Positions 29,580-37,434 of a stretch of DNA of 64,000 nucleotides are shown piece by piece. Positions within the stretch are counted from its first letter, which is position 1. The number at the start of each line of letters is the position of its first letter. The stretch covers positions 384,001 to 448,000 of the forward strand of contig CAXXMU010000002.1 in NCBI GenBank assembly GCA_963667785.2, read 5' to 3'. Below the pieces are notes generated by a model. It was not told the DNA's origin and searched no databases. It saw only the letters and a list, made by a program, of their open reading frames with translations. This DNA is from Alphaproteobacteria bacterium. Lineage in GTDB: Bacteria; Pseudomonadota; Alphaproteobacteria; UBA828. A program made the position numbers and the translations under genes.

Positions 29580-32500
29580 TCACGGCTCCGCGTATTCCAG
29601 AAGCAGGTCCTTGGCGTCGACGGATTGCCCGGCCGCGACGTGCAGGGCCGCGACCGTGCCGTCCCGCTCCGCGTGCAGCGCGGTTTCCATCTTCATCGCC
29701 TCGATCGTCATCAGCAGGTCGCCGGCGATGACCGCGCGCCCGCTCGCGACCGCCAGCGAGGCCACGACGCCCGGCATCGGCGCCGACACGTGGCACGGGT
29801 TGGCGGGATCGGCCTTCGGCCGGCGGGCGACGCTCGCCGCCGCCTCGCCGTGCTCGATCTTGAGGGTGCGCGGCTGGCCGTTCAGCTCGTAGAAGACGCG
29901 CACCGCGCCGTCCTCGTCGGTCTCGCCGATCGCGAGGCAGCGGATGACGAGGGTCCGCCCGCGCTCGATCTCCACCGATACCTCGCGCTGCGGCGGCAGG
30001 CCGTAGAAGAACACATCGGTCGGCAGCGCCGAGACCGGGCCGTACTTCTCCTGCTCGGCGGCATAGTCCGCGAACACCTTGGGGTACATGAGCCAGGAGC
30101 AGAGGTCTTCCTCCGAGAGCGACCAGCCGGTGTCCTCCTCCGCACGGGCGCGCTCGGCCGCGAGGTCGGCCGGAGGCAGCACGGCGCCGGGGCGTCCCTC
30201 GATAGGCTTCTCGCCCTTGAGGATCTTGCTGGCGAGCGGCTCGGGGAAGCCGCCCGGCATCTGGCCAAGCTCGCCCCGGAACAGGCCGACGACGGAATCG
30301 GGGAACGCGATCTCCCGCTCGGGGTCCTCGACATCGGCGCGGCTGAGGCCGCCGGAAACCATGACCAACGCCATGTCGCCCACCACCTTGGAGGTCGGCG
30401 TCACCTTCACGATGTCGCCGAACATCCGGTTCACCTCGGCGTAGGCGTGCGCCACCTCGTGCCAGCGTTCTGCGAGGCCCAGCCCGCGCGCCTGCTCGCG
30501 GAGATTGGTGAACTGCCCGCCCGGCATCTCGTGCAGGTAGACCTCGGATGCCGGCGCCCGCATGTCGGTCTCGAACGCGGCGTACTGGGCGCGCACGACC
30601 TCCCAGTAGTCGGAGATTTCCCGCACGCGCTCGGGATCGAGCCCGGTATCGCGCGCAGCACCCCTGAGCGCCTCCACCACCGAGCCGAGGCAGGGCTGGG
30701 AGGTGAAGCCGGAGAGGCTGTCCATGGCGAGGTCCGCCGCGTCGACGCCTGCGTCCGCTGCGGCCAGCACGCTGGCGCCGGCGATCCCCGAGGTGTCGTG
30801 GGTGTGGAAGTGCACCGGAAGCCCGGTCTCCTCCTTCAGCGCGTGCACCAGCTCGCGGGCGGCGGCGGGCTTGACCAGCCCGGCCATGTCCTTGATGCCG
30901 AGGATGTGGGTGCCCGCATCGCGCAGGTCGCGGGCGAGGGCGAGATAGTAGGCGAGGTCGTAGCGGCTGCGGCTCGGATCGTGCAGGTCGCCCGTGTAGC
31001 AGATCGCCGCCTCGCAGAGCCGCCCGGTCTCCAGCACCGAATCGATCGCGACGCGCATGTTCTCGACCGCGTTGAGGGGATCGAAGATGCGGAAGAGATC
31101 GATACCGGACTCAGCCGCCCTTGCCACGAAGCCCTGGACCACGTTGTCGGGGTAGTTGGTGTAGCCGACGGCGTTCGAGGCGCGCAGCAGCATCTGCAGC
31201 AGGATGTTGGGAGCGTGTGCGCGCAGGCGGGCGAGGCGCTCCCACGGGCATTCGTTGAGGAAGCGCAGCGACACGTCGAAGGTCGCCCCGCCCCAGCATT
31301 CGAGCGAGAAGAGCTGCGGCAGGTTGTGCGCGTAGGCCTCCGCCACCCGGCAGATGTCGTAGGTGCGCATCCGGGTCGCGAGCAGCGACTGGTGGGCGTC
31401 CCGCATGGTGGTGTCGGTGAGGAGCAGGCGGGTCTCCGCCAGCACCCATGCCGCGACCGCCTCCGGCCCCTGCGCGTCGAGCAGCGCCTTCGCGCCGGGT
31501 GCGGGCGCCTCGGCATGGAGCGGGGGCGGGACGGGATTTCGCGCGTGCGCCGGCGGCGCGGGGCGGCCCTTCACCTCGGCGTGGCCGTTGACGGTGGTCT
31601 CTGCGATGTAGCGGAGCAGGCGGCTCGCCCGATCGCGCGGGCGGGAGAAGGTGAGAAGCTCCGGGTTGTCGTCGATGAAGCGGGTCGTCACCTGCCCGCG
31701 CCGGAACGACGCGTCGTCGATCAGGCGTTCGAGGAAGGCGATGTTGGTCGCCACCCCGCGAATGCGGAACTCCCGCAGCGCGCGCCCCATGCGGTCGATC
31801 GCGGCCTCCCGCGAGGGCGCCCATGCGGTGACCTTCTCCAGCAGCGAATCGTAGTGGCGGGTGATGACCGCGCCCGTGTAGGCGGTACCGCCGTCGAGGC
31901 GAATGCCGAACCCGGTCGGCACCCGGTAGGCGGTGATGCGTCCGTAGTCGGGGATGAAGCGATCGAGCGGGTCCTCGGTGGTGATGCGGCACTGCACGGC
32001 GTGGCCGCGCAGGGCGATCTCGTCCTGGGGCGGACAGGCGGCGTCCGGGTCGATACCGATGGCGCCGCCCTCGGCGATGCGGATCTGGGCCCGCACCAGG
32101 TCGACGCCGGTCACCTGCTCGGTGACGGTGTGCTCCACCTGGATGCGCGGGTTCACCTCGATGAAGTGAAAGAGGCCGGTATCGAGATCGTGCAGGAACT
32201 CCACCGTGCCGACGTTGAGATAGTCGGCCGCCTTCGCCAGGGCGAGCGCGTGCCCGGTGAGGGCCTCGCGCCCGTCTGCGCTGAGGTCCGGGGCAGGCGC
32301 GCACTCCACGATCTTCTGGTTGCGGCGCTGCACCGAGCAGTCCCGCTCGAAGAGATGGACGACGGTGCCGGCAGCATCGGCCGCGATCTGTACTTCCAGG
32401 TGGCGGGCGCGCCGGATGAAGCGCTCGAAGTAGATGTCGTCCTTGCCGAAGGCGGCGTCCGCCTCGCGCCGCGCCGCGAGCAGAGCGGCCTCGAATTCCT

Positions 32501-33032
32501 CCGGCTCGTCCACCGTTCGCATGCCGCGACCGCCGCCGCCCCAGCTCGCCTTGAGGATTCCCGGAAAGCCCACCTCGCGCACGAGCGTCAGCGCGGCCTG
32601 AGGGTCCGCCGGCAGCGCCTCGGTCGCGGGCACCGTGGGCACGCCGGCGGCGGCCGCGATGGCGCGCGCCGAGACCTTGTCGCCGAGCCGGCGCAGCGTC
32701 TCCGGGCGCGGCCCGATGAAGGTGAGCCCCGCGGCCTCGCAGGCCTCGGCGAGCTCCGGCGATTCGGAGAGGAAGCCGTAGCCCGGGTGGATGGCGTCGC
32801 TTCGGGTCTCGACCGCGACGCGGACGATGTCGTCTACCGCGAGATAGGCGGTGACGGGGCCGCGCCCCTCGCCGATGCAATAGGATTCGTCCGCCTTGAA
32901 GCGATGCAGCGCGAGGCGGTCCTCGTCTGCGTAGACCGCGACCGTGGTCTTGCCCATCTCGTTGGCGGCGCGCAGGACGCGGATGGCGATCTCGCCCCGG
33001 TTGGCCACAAGAATTCGTTGGAATGCGCTCAT
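29580..33032 (-). CDS. pyc: Pyruvate carboxylase
   Basis: Biotin carboxylase domain (ANRGEIA, ERDCSVQRR, EVNPRIQVEH), CT domain (RDAHQS, WGGATFD, HTHDT), biotinyl EAMKM. Confidence 0.98.
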   Translation of the reverse strand: MSAFQRILVANRGEIAIRVLRAANEMGKTTVAVYADEDRLALHRFKADESYCIGEGRGPVTAYLAVDDIVRVAVETRSDAIHPGYGFLSESPELAEACEAAGLTFIGPRPETLRRLGDKVSARAIAAAAGVPTVPATEALPADPQAALTLVREVGFPGILKASWGGGGRGMRTVDEPEEFEAALLAARREADAAFGKDDIYFERFIRRARHLEVQIAADAAGTVVHLFERDCSVQRRNQKIVECAPAPDLSADGREALTGHALALAKAADYLNVGTVEFLHDLDTGLFHFIEVNPRIQVEHTVTEQVTGVDLVRAQIRIAEGGAIGIDPDAACPPQDEIALRGHAVQCRITTEDPLDRFIPDYGRITAYRVPTGFGIRLDGGTAYTGAVITRHYDSLLEKVTAWAPSREAAIDRMGRALREFRIRGVATNIAFLERLIDDASFRRGQVTTRFIDDNPELLTFSRPRDRASRLLRYIAETTVNGHAEVKGRPAPPAHARNPVPPPLHAEAPAPGAKALLDAQGPEAVAAWVLAETRLLLTDTTMRDAHQSLLATRMRTYDICRVAEAYAHNLPQLFSLECWGGATFDVSLRFLNECPWERLARLRAHAPNILLQMLLRASNAVGYTNYPDNVVQGFVARAAESGIDLFRIFDPLNAVENMRVAIDSVLETGRLCEAAICYTGDLHDPSRSRYDLAYYLALARDLRDAGTHILGIKDMAGLVKPAAARELVHALKEETGLPVHFHTHDTSGIAGASVLAAADAGVDAADLAMDSLSGFTSQPCLGSVVEALRGAARDTGLDPERVREISDYWEVVRAQYAAFETDMRAPASEVYLHEMPGGQFTNLREQARGLGLAERWHEVAHAYAEVNRMFGDIVKVTPTSKVVGDMALVMVSGGLSRADVEDPEREIAFPDSVVGLFRGELGQMPGGFPEPLASKILKGEKPIEGRPGAVLPPADLAAERARAEEDTGWSLSEEDLCSWLMYPKVFADYAAEQEKYGPVSALPTDVFFYGLPPQREVSVEIERGRTLVIRCLAIGETDEDGAVRVFYELNGQPRTLKIEHGEAAASVARRPKADPANPCHVSAPMPGVVASLAVASGRAVIAGDLLMTIEAMKMETALHAERDGTVAALHVAAGQSVDAKDLLLEYAEP

Positions 33033-33072
33033 CGGTCCACCACTCGCCCACCCGACTTGCGGACGCGGCCGG

Positions 33073-34206
33073 TCAGAGGGCGTCGGTCTCGATGATGTCC
33101 ACGCCCCGCTGGCGGTCGATCAGGTAGATCAGTCCGCGATCGTCCACGGTCACGTCGTTCGACGAGGCCCGCTCGCATCCCTCCGGCGGGTCGGGAACGT
33201 AGCGTGCGACCTCGCGCGGCGCGAAGGGATCGGTCACGTCCACCAGCCGCAGGCCCTGGGCGAACCAGGCGAAGGGCACGACGTCGCCCACGAACCTGTC
33301 CGAGGGCTGGTGGCAGCCGGTCATGTCCGGCTGCGGGCTGCCGTCCCGATCCACGCCGTCCACGTGAATCGTGCTGATCGGGATCGGGCAGCGCTCGTCG
33401 GTGATGTCGTAGACCCAGGCGAAGGCCGGCGGCGCCGGCCACAGCTTCGCCACGTCCTCGTCCGCCACCACCATGATGCGCCGGCCCTTGAGCGGGTGCG
33501 GGAAGGGCAGGCAGGTATGGGTGGGATGGGGGAAGGCGGGGCTCGTGTTGACGCCCGAGACCAGCGTCGGCCGCGCCATGTCCTCGATATCGAGAATGAA
33601 GAGGCCGTGGTGCCAATAGCTGACGTAGAGCCGGTCGCCGAGCCGGAGCGGATGGTGGCAGCGCGGCGCCACCCACTCGCCCCAGGGATAATCCTCGCCG
33701 CCGGCCTCCCACTGGCCGGGAATCCACCAGCGGCCGACCTCTTCGGGCTGCGCCGGGTCGGCGAGGTCGAGGATCATCACGATATTGCCGACATAGCCCT
33801 CGGCCGTCGGCGAGATGTAGGCGTAGCGCCCGTCGAAGGTGAAGCGGTGCACGCCCTTGCCGGCGGTGCGCCACTTGGTGATGAGCGCCGGCTTGGCGGG
33901 GTTCGAGACGTCGTAGATGCCGAGCCCGCCGCCGAAGCCGTTGGCGTCGCTTCCGCCGCCGCCGAGCCGCTCGTGATTGACCAGCATCACGCCGTCGGCC
34001 GCGCGGACCTTGTGCGAGTGCCAGCCTTCCGGCAGCTCGATGCGGGCGAGCGTGCGCGGCTTCGCCGGGTCCGCCACGTCGACGATGGTGGTGCCCGACG
34101 GCCAGCGCATGTGGCCGATATAGAGGGTGGTGCCGTCGACCCAGACCTGGCCGCCGCCGGGGCAGTCGATATGGGCAATGCGGCGGGTGCGGTGTGCGTC
34201 GGCCAT
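33073..34206 (-). CDS. LVIVD-repeat beta-propeller protein
   Basis: Repeated (I/L)VDV(S/A/T)(D/N)PxxP blade ends; many His residues (HSHK, GVHRF, CHHP, HTC, CHQP). Confidence 0.85.
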   Translation of the reverse strand: MADAHRTRRIAHIDCPGGGQVWVDGTTLYIGHMRWPSGTTIVDVADPAKPRTLARIELPEGWHSHKVRAADGVMLVNHERLGGGGSDANGFGGGLGIYDVSNPAKPALITKWRTAGKGVHRFTFDGRYAYISPTAEGYVGNIVMILDLADPAQPEEVGRWWIPGQWEAGGEDYPWGEWVAPRCHHPLRLGDRLYVSYWHHGLFILDIEDMARPTLVSGVNTSPAFPHPTHTCLPFPHPLKGRRIMVVADEDVAKLWPAPPAFAWVYDITDERCPIPISTIHVDGVDRDGSPQPDMTGCHQPSDRFVGDVVPFAWFAQGLRLVDVTDPFAPREVARYVPDPPEGCERASSNDVTVDDRGLIYLIDRQRGVDIIETDAL

Positions 34207-34222
34207 CGTCGTGCGGCGCCCG

Positions 34223-35146
34223 CTACGAGCGGCCTTCGAGCGCGCGGCGGACGGCGACGAGCTGCCCGGCCCGCTTCCCCTGCAACGCTTTGATGTCGTC
34301 CGGCGTGTAGGAGAAGATTCCGGTCCCGGTCTTCATGCCGAGATCGCCCTTGGCGGTCCTCTCCGTGATGTATCCGCTCACGTTGTCGCGGTTGCAGAGG
34401 TCGGCGTTCAGGTAGCTGCCGACCGCCTGGTAGATGTCGAGGCCGGCCATGTCGAGCAGCGACATCGGCCCCACCACCGCGAGCTTGTAGCCAATGCCCC
34501 AGGAGACGCAGGTGTCCAGGCCCTCCGGCTCGATGACGCCGTTCTCCACCAGGTCGCAGGCCTCGCGCATGATGGCGTAGAGGATGCGGTTCTCGACGAA
34601 GCCGGGCACGTCCTTCTTGACCACCACCGGCAGCAGATTGAGGTCCTTGATCGCCTGCACCATCCGGTCGACGGTGGCCTGCGAGGTCTCGGCGCCGGCG
34701 ATGACCTCGATGACCGGGATGATGAAGGGCGGGTTGGACCAGTGCATGCCGACCACCCGGCCCGGCGCCGAGTTGCCCTCCTGCAGCGTCGTCACCGGGA
34801 TGCCCGAGGTGTTGGAGGCGAGGATGCAGTCCTTCGACACCAGCGTGTCCAGGTCGGCGAACACGGCGCGCTTGATGTCGGCCTTCTCCGGCACGCTCTC
34901 CAGCACCAGATCGCAACCGGCGACGGCGTCCGCCAGCGTGTCGTGATAGCTGATCAGCTCCGCCCCGCCTCGATCGGGCATCCCGAGCTTCTCCAGCACG
35001 CCGAAGGCGATGCCGGCAGTGCCCGGCGCCTTCTCCAATTGCGCCGCCTCCGTGTCGAAGGCGCGCACCGTAAGCCCGCCGCGCGCGAGCGTCGCCGCCA
35101 TGCCGGGCCCCATGGTGCCCAGGCCGATCACCGCTGCCGTGGTCAT
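34223..35146 (-). CDS. 3-hydroxyacyl-CoA dehydrogenase-fold enzyme resembling 5-formyl-3-hydroxy-2-methylpyridine-4-carboxylate (FHMPC) dehydrogenase
   Basis: IGLGTMGPGMA, GMHWSNPP, LLPVVVKKDVPGFVENR, LDTCVSWGIGYK, LVAVRRxLEGR match my recollection of Mesorhizobium Mlr6793; GGGAG RBS. Confidence 0.82.
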   Translation of the reverse strand: MTTAAVIGLGTMGPGMAATLARGGLTVRAFDTEAAQLEKAPGTAGIAFGVLEKLGMPDRGGAELISYHDTLADAVAGCDLVLESVPEKADIKRAVFADLDTLVSKDCILASNTSGIPVTTLQEGNSAPGRVVGMHWSNPPFIIPVIEVIAGAETSQATVDRMVQAIKDLNLLPVVVKKDVPGFVENRILYAIMREACDLVENGVIEPEGLDTCVSWGIGYKLAVVGPMSLLDMAGLDIYQAVGSYLNADLCNRDNVSGYITERTAKGDLGMKTGTGIFSYTPDDIKALQGKRAGQLVAVRRALEGRS

Positions 35147-35189
35147 GTCCGTCGTTCTCCCTGTCCTGACTGCCTGTTCGGGTTCCCGT

Positions 35190-36344
35190 CTAGACGAGGC
35201 GGACGGTGTCGCCCGCGCCGTCGCGGCCCCATTTCTTGAAGTGACCGAGCGCCTCCAGCGCCGGCCGGTCGCTCGCCACGAAGAGGACGGCGGTCTCGTT
35301 GTCGGAGTCGTTGACGTGCCGGCACCAGGCGCCGCCCGGCACCGCGAGCGTATCGAACGGGGCCCAGTCGAAGCGTGCGTCGCCAACGATGCTGTAGCCG
35401 CGTCCTTCGAGCGGGGCGACCAGCAGGCTCGCGGTCTGCCTGAGAGGCTGCGTGCTCTCGCCGGGGCGCAGCATCTGGGCGAAGAAGGTCATCGTCTTGA
35501 ACACCGGGCCGCCGCGGGTGGGGTCCACATACTCGACCATCAGGGCCTCGTAGGGATCGCCGTCGCGATCCCGATGCTCCTCCAGCAGCGTGCGCATGGG
35601 CTCCCAGCGATAGACGTACATCGGGGACGACGTGCCGCTGCCGCGCGCGTGCGGCACGAAGCAGGGCATCAGGCCGCCGCTGCCGTAGATCTCGGCCGAA
35701 TAGTCGGGGCTGAAGCGGGCGGACTGCTCCCGGGCCGCGATCGCGCGGCCGTCGCGCTCCTCCTTGTAGTCGTGCTCGAAGTAGATCGCGTTGAGCACCT
35801 CGACCAGCGGCAGGTCGAGCACCGAGAGGTTGACCGCCGCCTCGTCGCCCTTGTTGCCGTGGTTGTGCCACGTGTCCTGTGGCGTCAGCACCATGTCGCC
35901 GGGGCCGAACACGATGTCCTCGCCCTCGACGCCGGTGAAGTTCATCGTGCCCGTGAGACCGAGGCGGATGGCGTTGGGCGAGTGGCGATGGGGCGGCATC
36001 ACCTCGTTGGGGTCGTTGAGCCGGTAGGCGGTGTACATGGTGGAGACCGTCGCCCGCGTCGGCGCAAGGCCGGGGTTCACCAGGATCAGCGAGCGGCGCT
36101 CGGAATCCGCCATCGAGACCAGCGCCGCCGAGCGGCGCAGCAGGGGCTCGATCTCGCTCTCGTAGCGCCACAGATGGGGGACCGCGCCGCGGCCCGCCAT
36201 GAGCTGCTTGATCTCGTCGTGGTCGACCTCGGTGGTGGTCGCCCAGAAGGGGAACATGTGGCCGCGGTGGACGTCGTCGTAGAGCGCGGCGAGCGCGGCC
36301 TCGCGATCGTCCGTCCCGGTAGCCGCCCGCTGCGCCTCGGTCAT
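35190..36344 (-). CDS. Gentisate 1,2-dioxygenase-like bicupin
   Basis: SERRSLILVNPG, PPHRHSPNAIR, DMVLTP..WHNHGN, YRW, VEYVDP. Confidence 0.88.
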   Translation of the reverse strand: MTEAQRAATGTDDREAALAALYDDVHRGHMFPFWATTTEVDHDEIKQLMAGRGAVPHLWRYESEIEPLLRRSAALVSMADSERRSLILVNPGLAPTRATVSTMYTAYRLNDPNEVMPPHRHSPNAIRLGLTGTMNFTGVEGEDIVFGPGDMVLTPQDTWHNHGNKGDEAAVNLSVLDLPLVEVLNAIYFEHDYKEERDGRAIAAREQSARFSPDYSAEIYGSGGLMPCFVPHARGSGTSSPMYVYRWEPMRTLLEEHRDRDGDPYEALMVEYVDPTRGGPVFKTMTFFAQMLRPGESTQPLRQTASLLVAPLEGRGYSIVGDARFDWAPFDTLAVPGGAWCRHVNDSDNETAVLFVASDRPALEALGHFKKWGRDGAGDTVRLV

Positions 36345-36506
36345 CGCCGCCCGCCGCCTCTCGCGCCCGCCCGCCGTCGGCGGCCGCCGCTCTGACGCAC
36401 TAGAGTATGTGGCGCCTCCGCCCCCGGCAACCGGGCAGGGCACAGACGAGGCACAAGGTTCTTGACCTCCCGGTCCGAGTATGGTTCGTCTAGGCCACTG
36501 GACGCG

Positions 36507-36585
36507 CTCATCCAGAGCGGTGGAGGGACAGGCCCTTCGAAGCCGCGGCAACCGCCTAGAGCGGTGCCAATGCCTGATCGATGAG
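36507..36585 (+). promoter_or_regulatory. SAM-I (S-box) family riboswitch, compact form without P4
   Basis: P1 CTCATC/GATGAG, ATCCAGAG, GGAGGGACAGGCCC..GAAGCC kink-turn P2, GGCAACC...GGTGCCAA P3, pseudoknot CAGGC(36529)/GCCTG(36572). Confidence 0.88.
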
Positions 36586-36653
36586 TCAGCCGAAGGCGGT
36601 GCTCCGCTCTCGGCGCTCGCAGAGCGCGTAGGAGTGAAGAGGAGTACCGCCGG

Positions 36654-36719
36654 ATGACGAATCCGTACGTGCCGCCATCAGCCCCGCCAGGGGCCGCGTC
36701 CCGTTTCACCTGTACCTAG
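36654..36719 (+). CDS. Putative 21-aa leader peptide MTNPYVPPSAPPGAASRFTCT
   Basis: Strong GAGGAG 9 nt upstream of the ATG; lies between the riboswitch and the OsmC gene. Confidence 0.4.
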   Translation: MTNPYVPPSAPPGAASRFTCT

Positions 36720-36845
36720 GCTGCCGCGCGTAGCCGATCCCGACGGGCATGACGCATGGAAGACCGCGGTCCTCCATGCGTCCGGCGCCGCCACCGCGTG
36801 GTGCGGCGTCGCCGCCCCCCAACCTCACTCGAAAGGAGCAATCCC

Positions 36846-37409
36846 ATGTCCGACACCAGCGCAACGCCTAGCCTGAACGGCGTCAACGTCGAGCACCTGC
36901 TCGGCGCCCGCAACGCGCTCGGCGAGACGCCCGAAGCCGGCCTCTTCAAGTGGCGCGTCACCAACCAGTGGCTGCACGGCACCCACAGCGCGTCCTCCGT
37001 CGAGGGCTATTTCGGCCTCGGCGGCGAGCACGACCACAAGGCGACCTACAAGTTCGAGTCCGACCATCCGCTTGTGTTCGCGGCCGAGGACAATGCCGCG
37101 ACGCCGGTGGAGATCGTCCTCGTCGGGCTGGCGAGCTGCCTCACCGCAGGCGTCGCGGCGGTGGCGCAGGTGAGGGAGATCCAGCTTCGTTCGGTCACGG
37201 CCACGGTCGAGGGCGACATGGACATCGCCGGCATCCTCGGCGCCGACCCCGATGTCCGTAACGGCTTCAGCAACGTCCGGGTCACTTACGACATCGATGC
37301 CGATGCTTCGCCCGAGGACATCCAGGCGCTCGTCGCCCAGTCGCAGAAGCGCTCGGCCGTGTTCGACATCCTGACCAACCCGGTGAACGTCTCGGTCGAG
37401 GTGAGCTGA
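36846..37409 (+). CDS. OsmC/Ohr-like family protein (single Cys)
   Basis: DHPLVFAAEDNAATPVE, LASCLT, EGDMDIAGILG, VRNGF, QKRSAVFD; AAGGAG RBS. Confidence 0.88.
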   Translation: MSDTSATPSLNGVNVEHLLGARNALGETPEAGLFKWRVTNQWLHGTHSASSVEGYFGLGGEHDHKATYKFESDHPLVFAAEDNAATPVEIVLVGLASCLTAGVAAVAQVREIQLRSVTATVEGDMDIAGILGADPDVRNGFSNVRVTYDIDADASPEDIQALVAQSQKRSAVFDILTNPVNVSVEVS

Positions 37410-37434
37410 GCTGAGCTAAGTTGAGCCCGGAGCC

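Noticed and set aside
29559-33095. Very long antisense/alternate-frame ORFs (e.g. 29559-33095 +, 14039-17200 +, 14013-16799 -, 3477-5921 -, 56695-59475 +)
   Set aside because: They are shadow frames of real high-GC genes (pyc, hyuA, rpsA, metZ/liv), with low-complexity R/A/G/P translation and no motifs.
36400-36600. Structured intergenic RNA first considered as SRP RNA or a tRNA-like element
   Set aside because: It lacks the SRP domain IV motif and a cloverleaf; the motifs fit the SAM-I family instead.
37401-37430. Selenocysteine read-through at the OsmC TGA
   Set aside because: The TGA is at the natural C-terminus, not at a Cys-equivalent position, and is followed by further stops with no SECIS-like hairpin.
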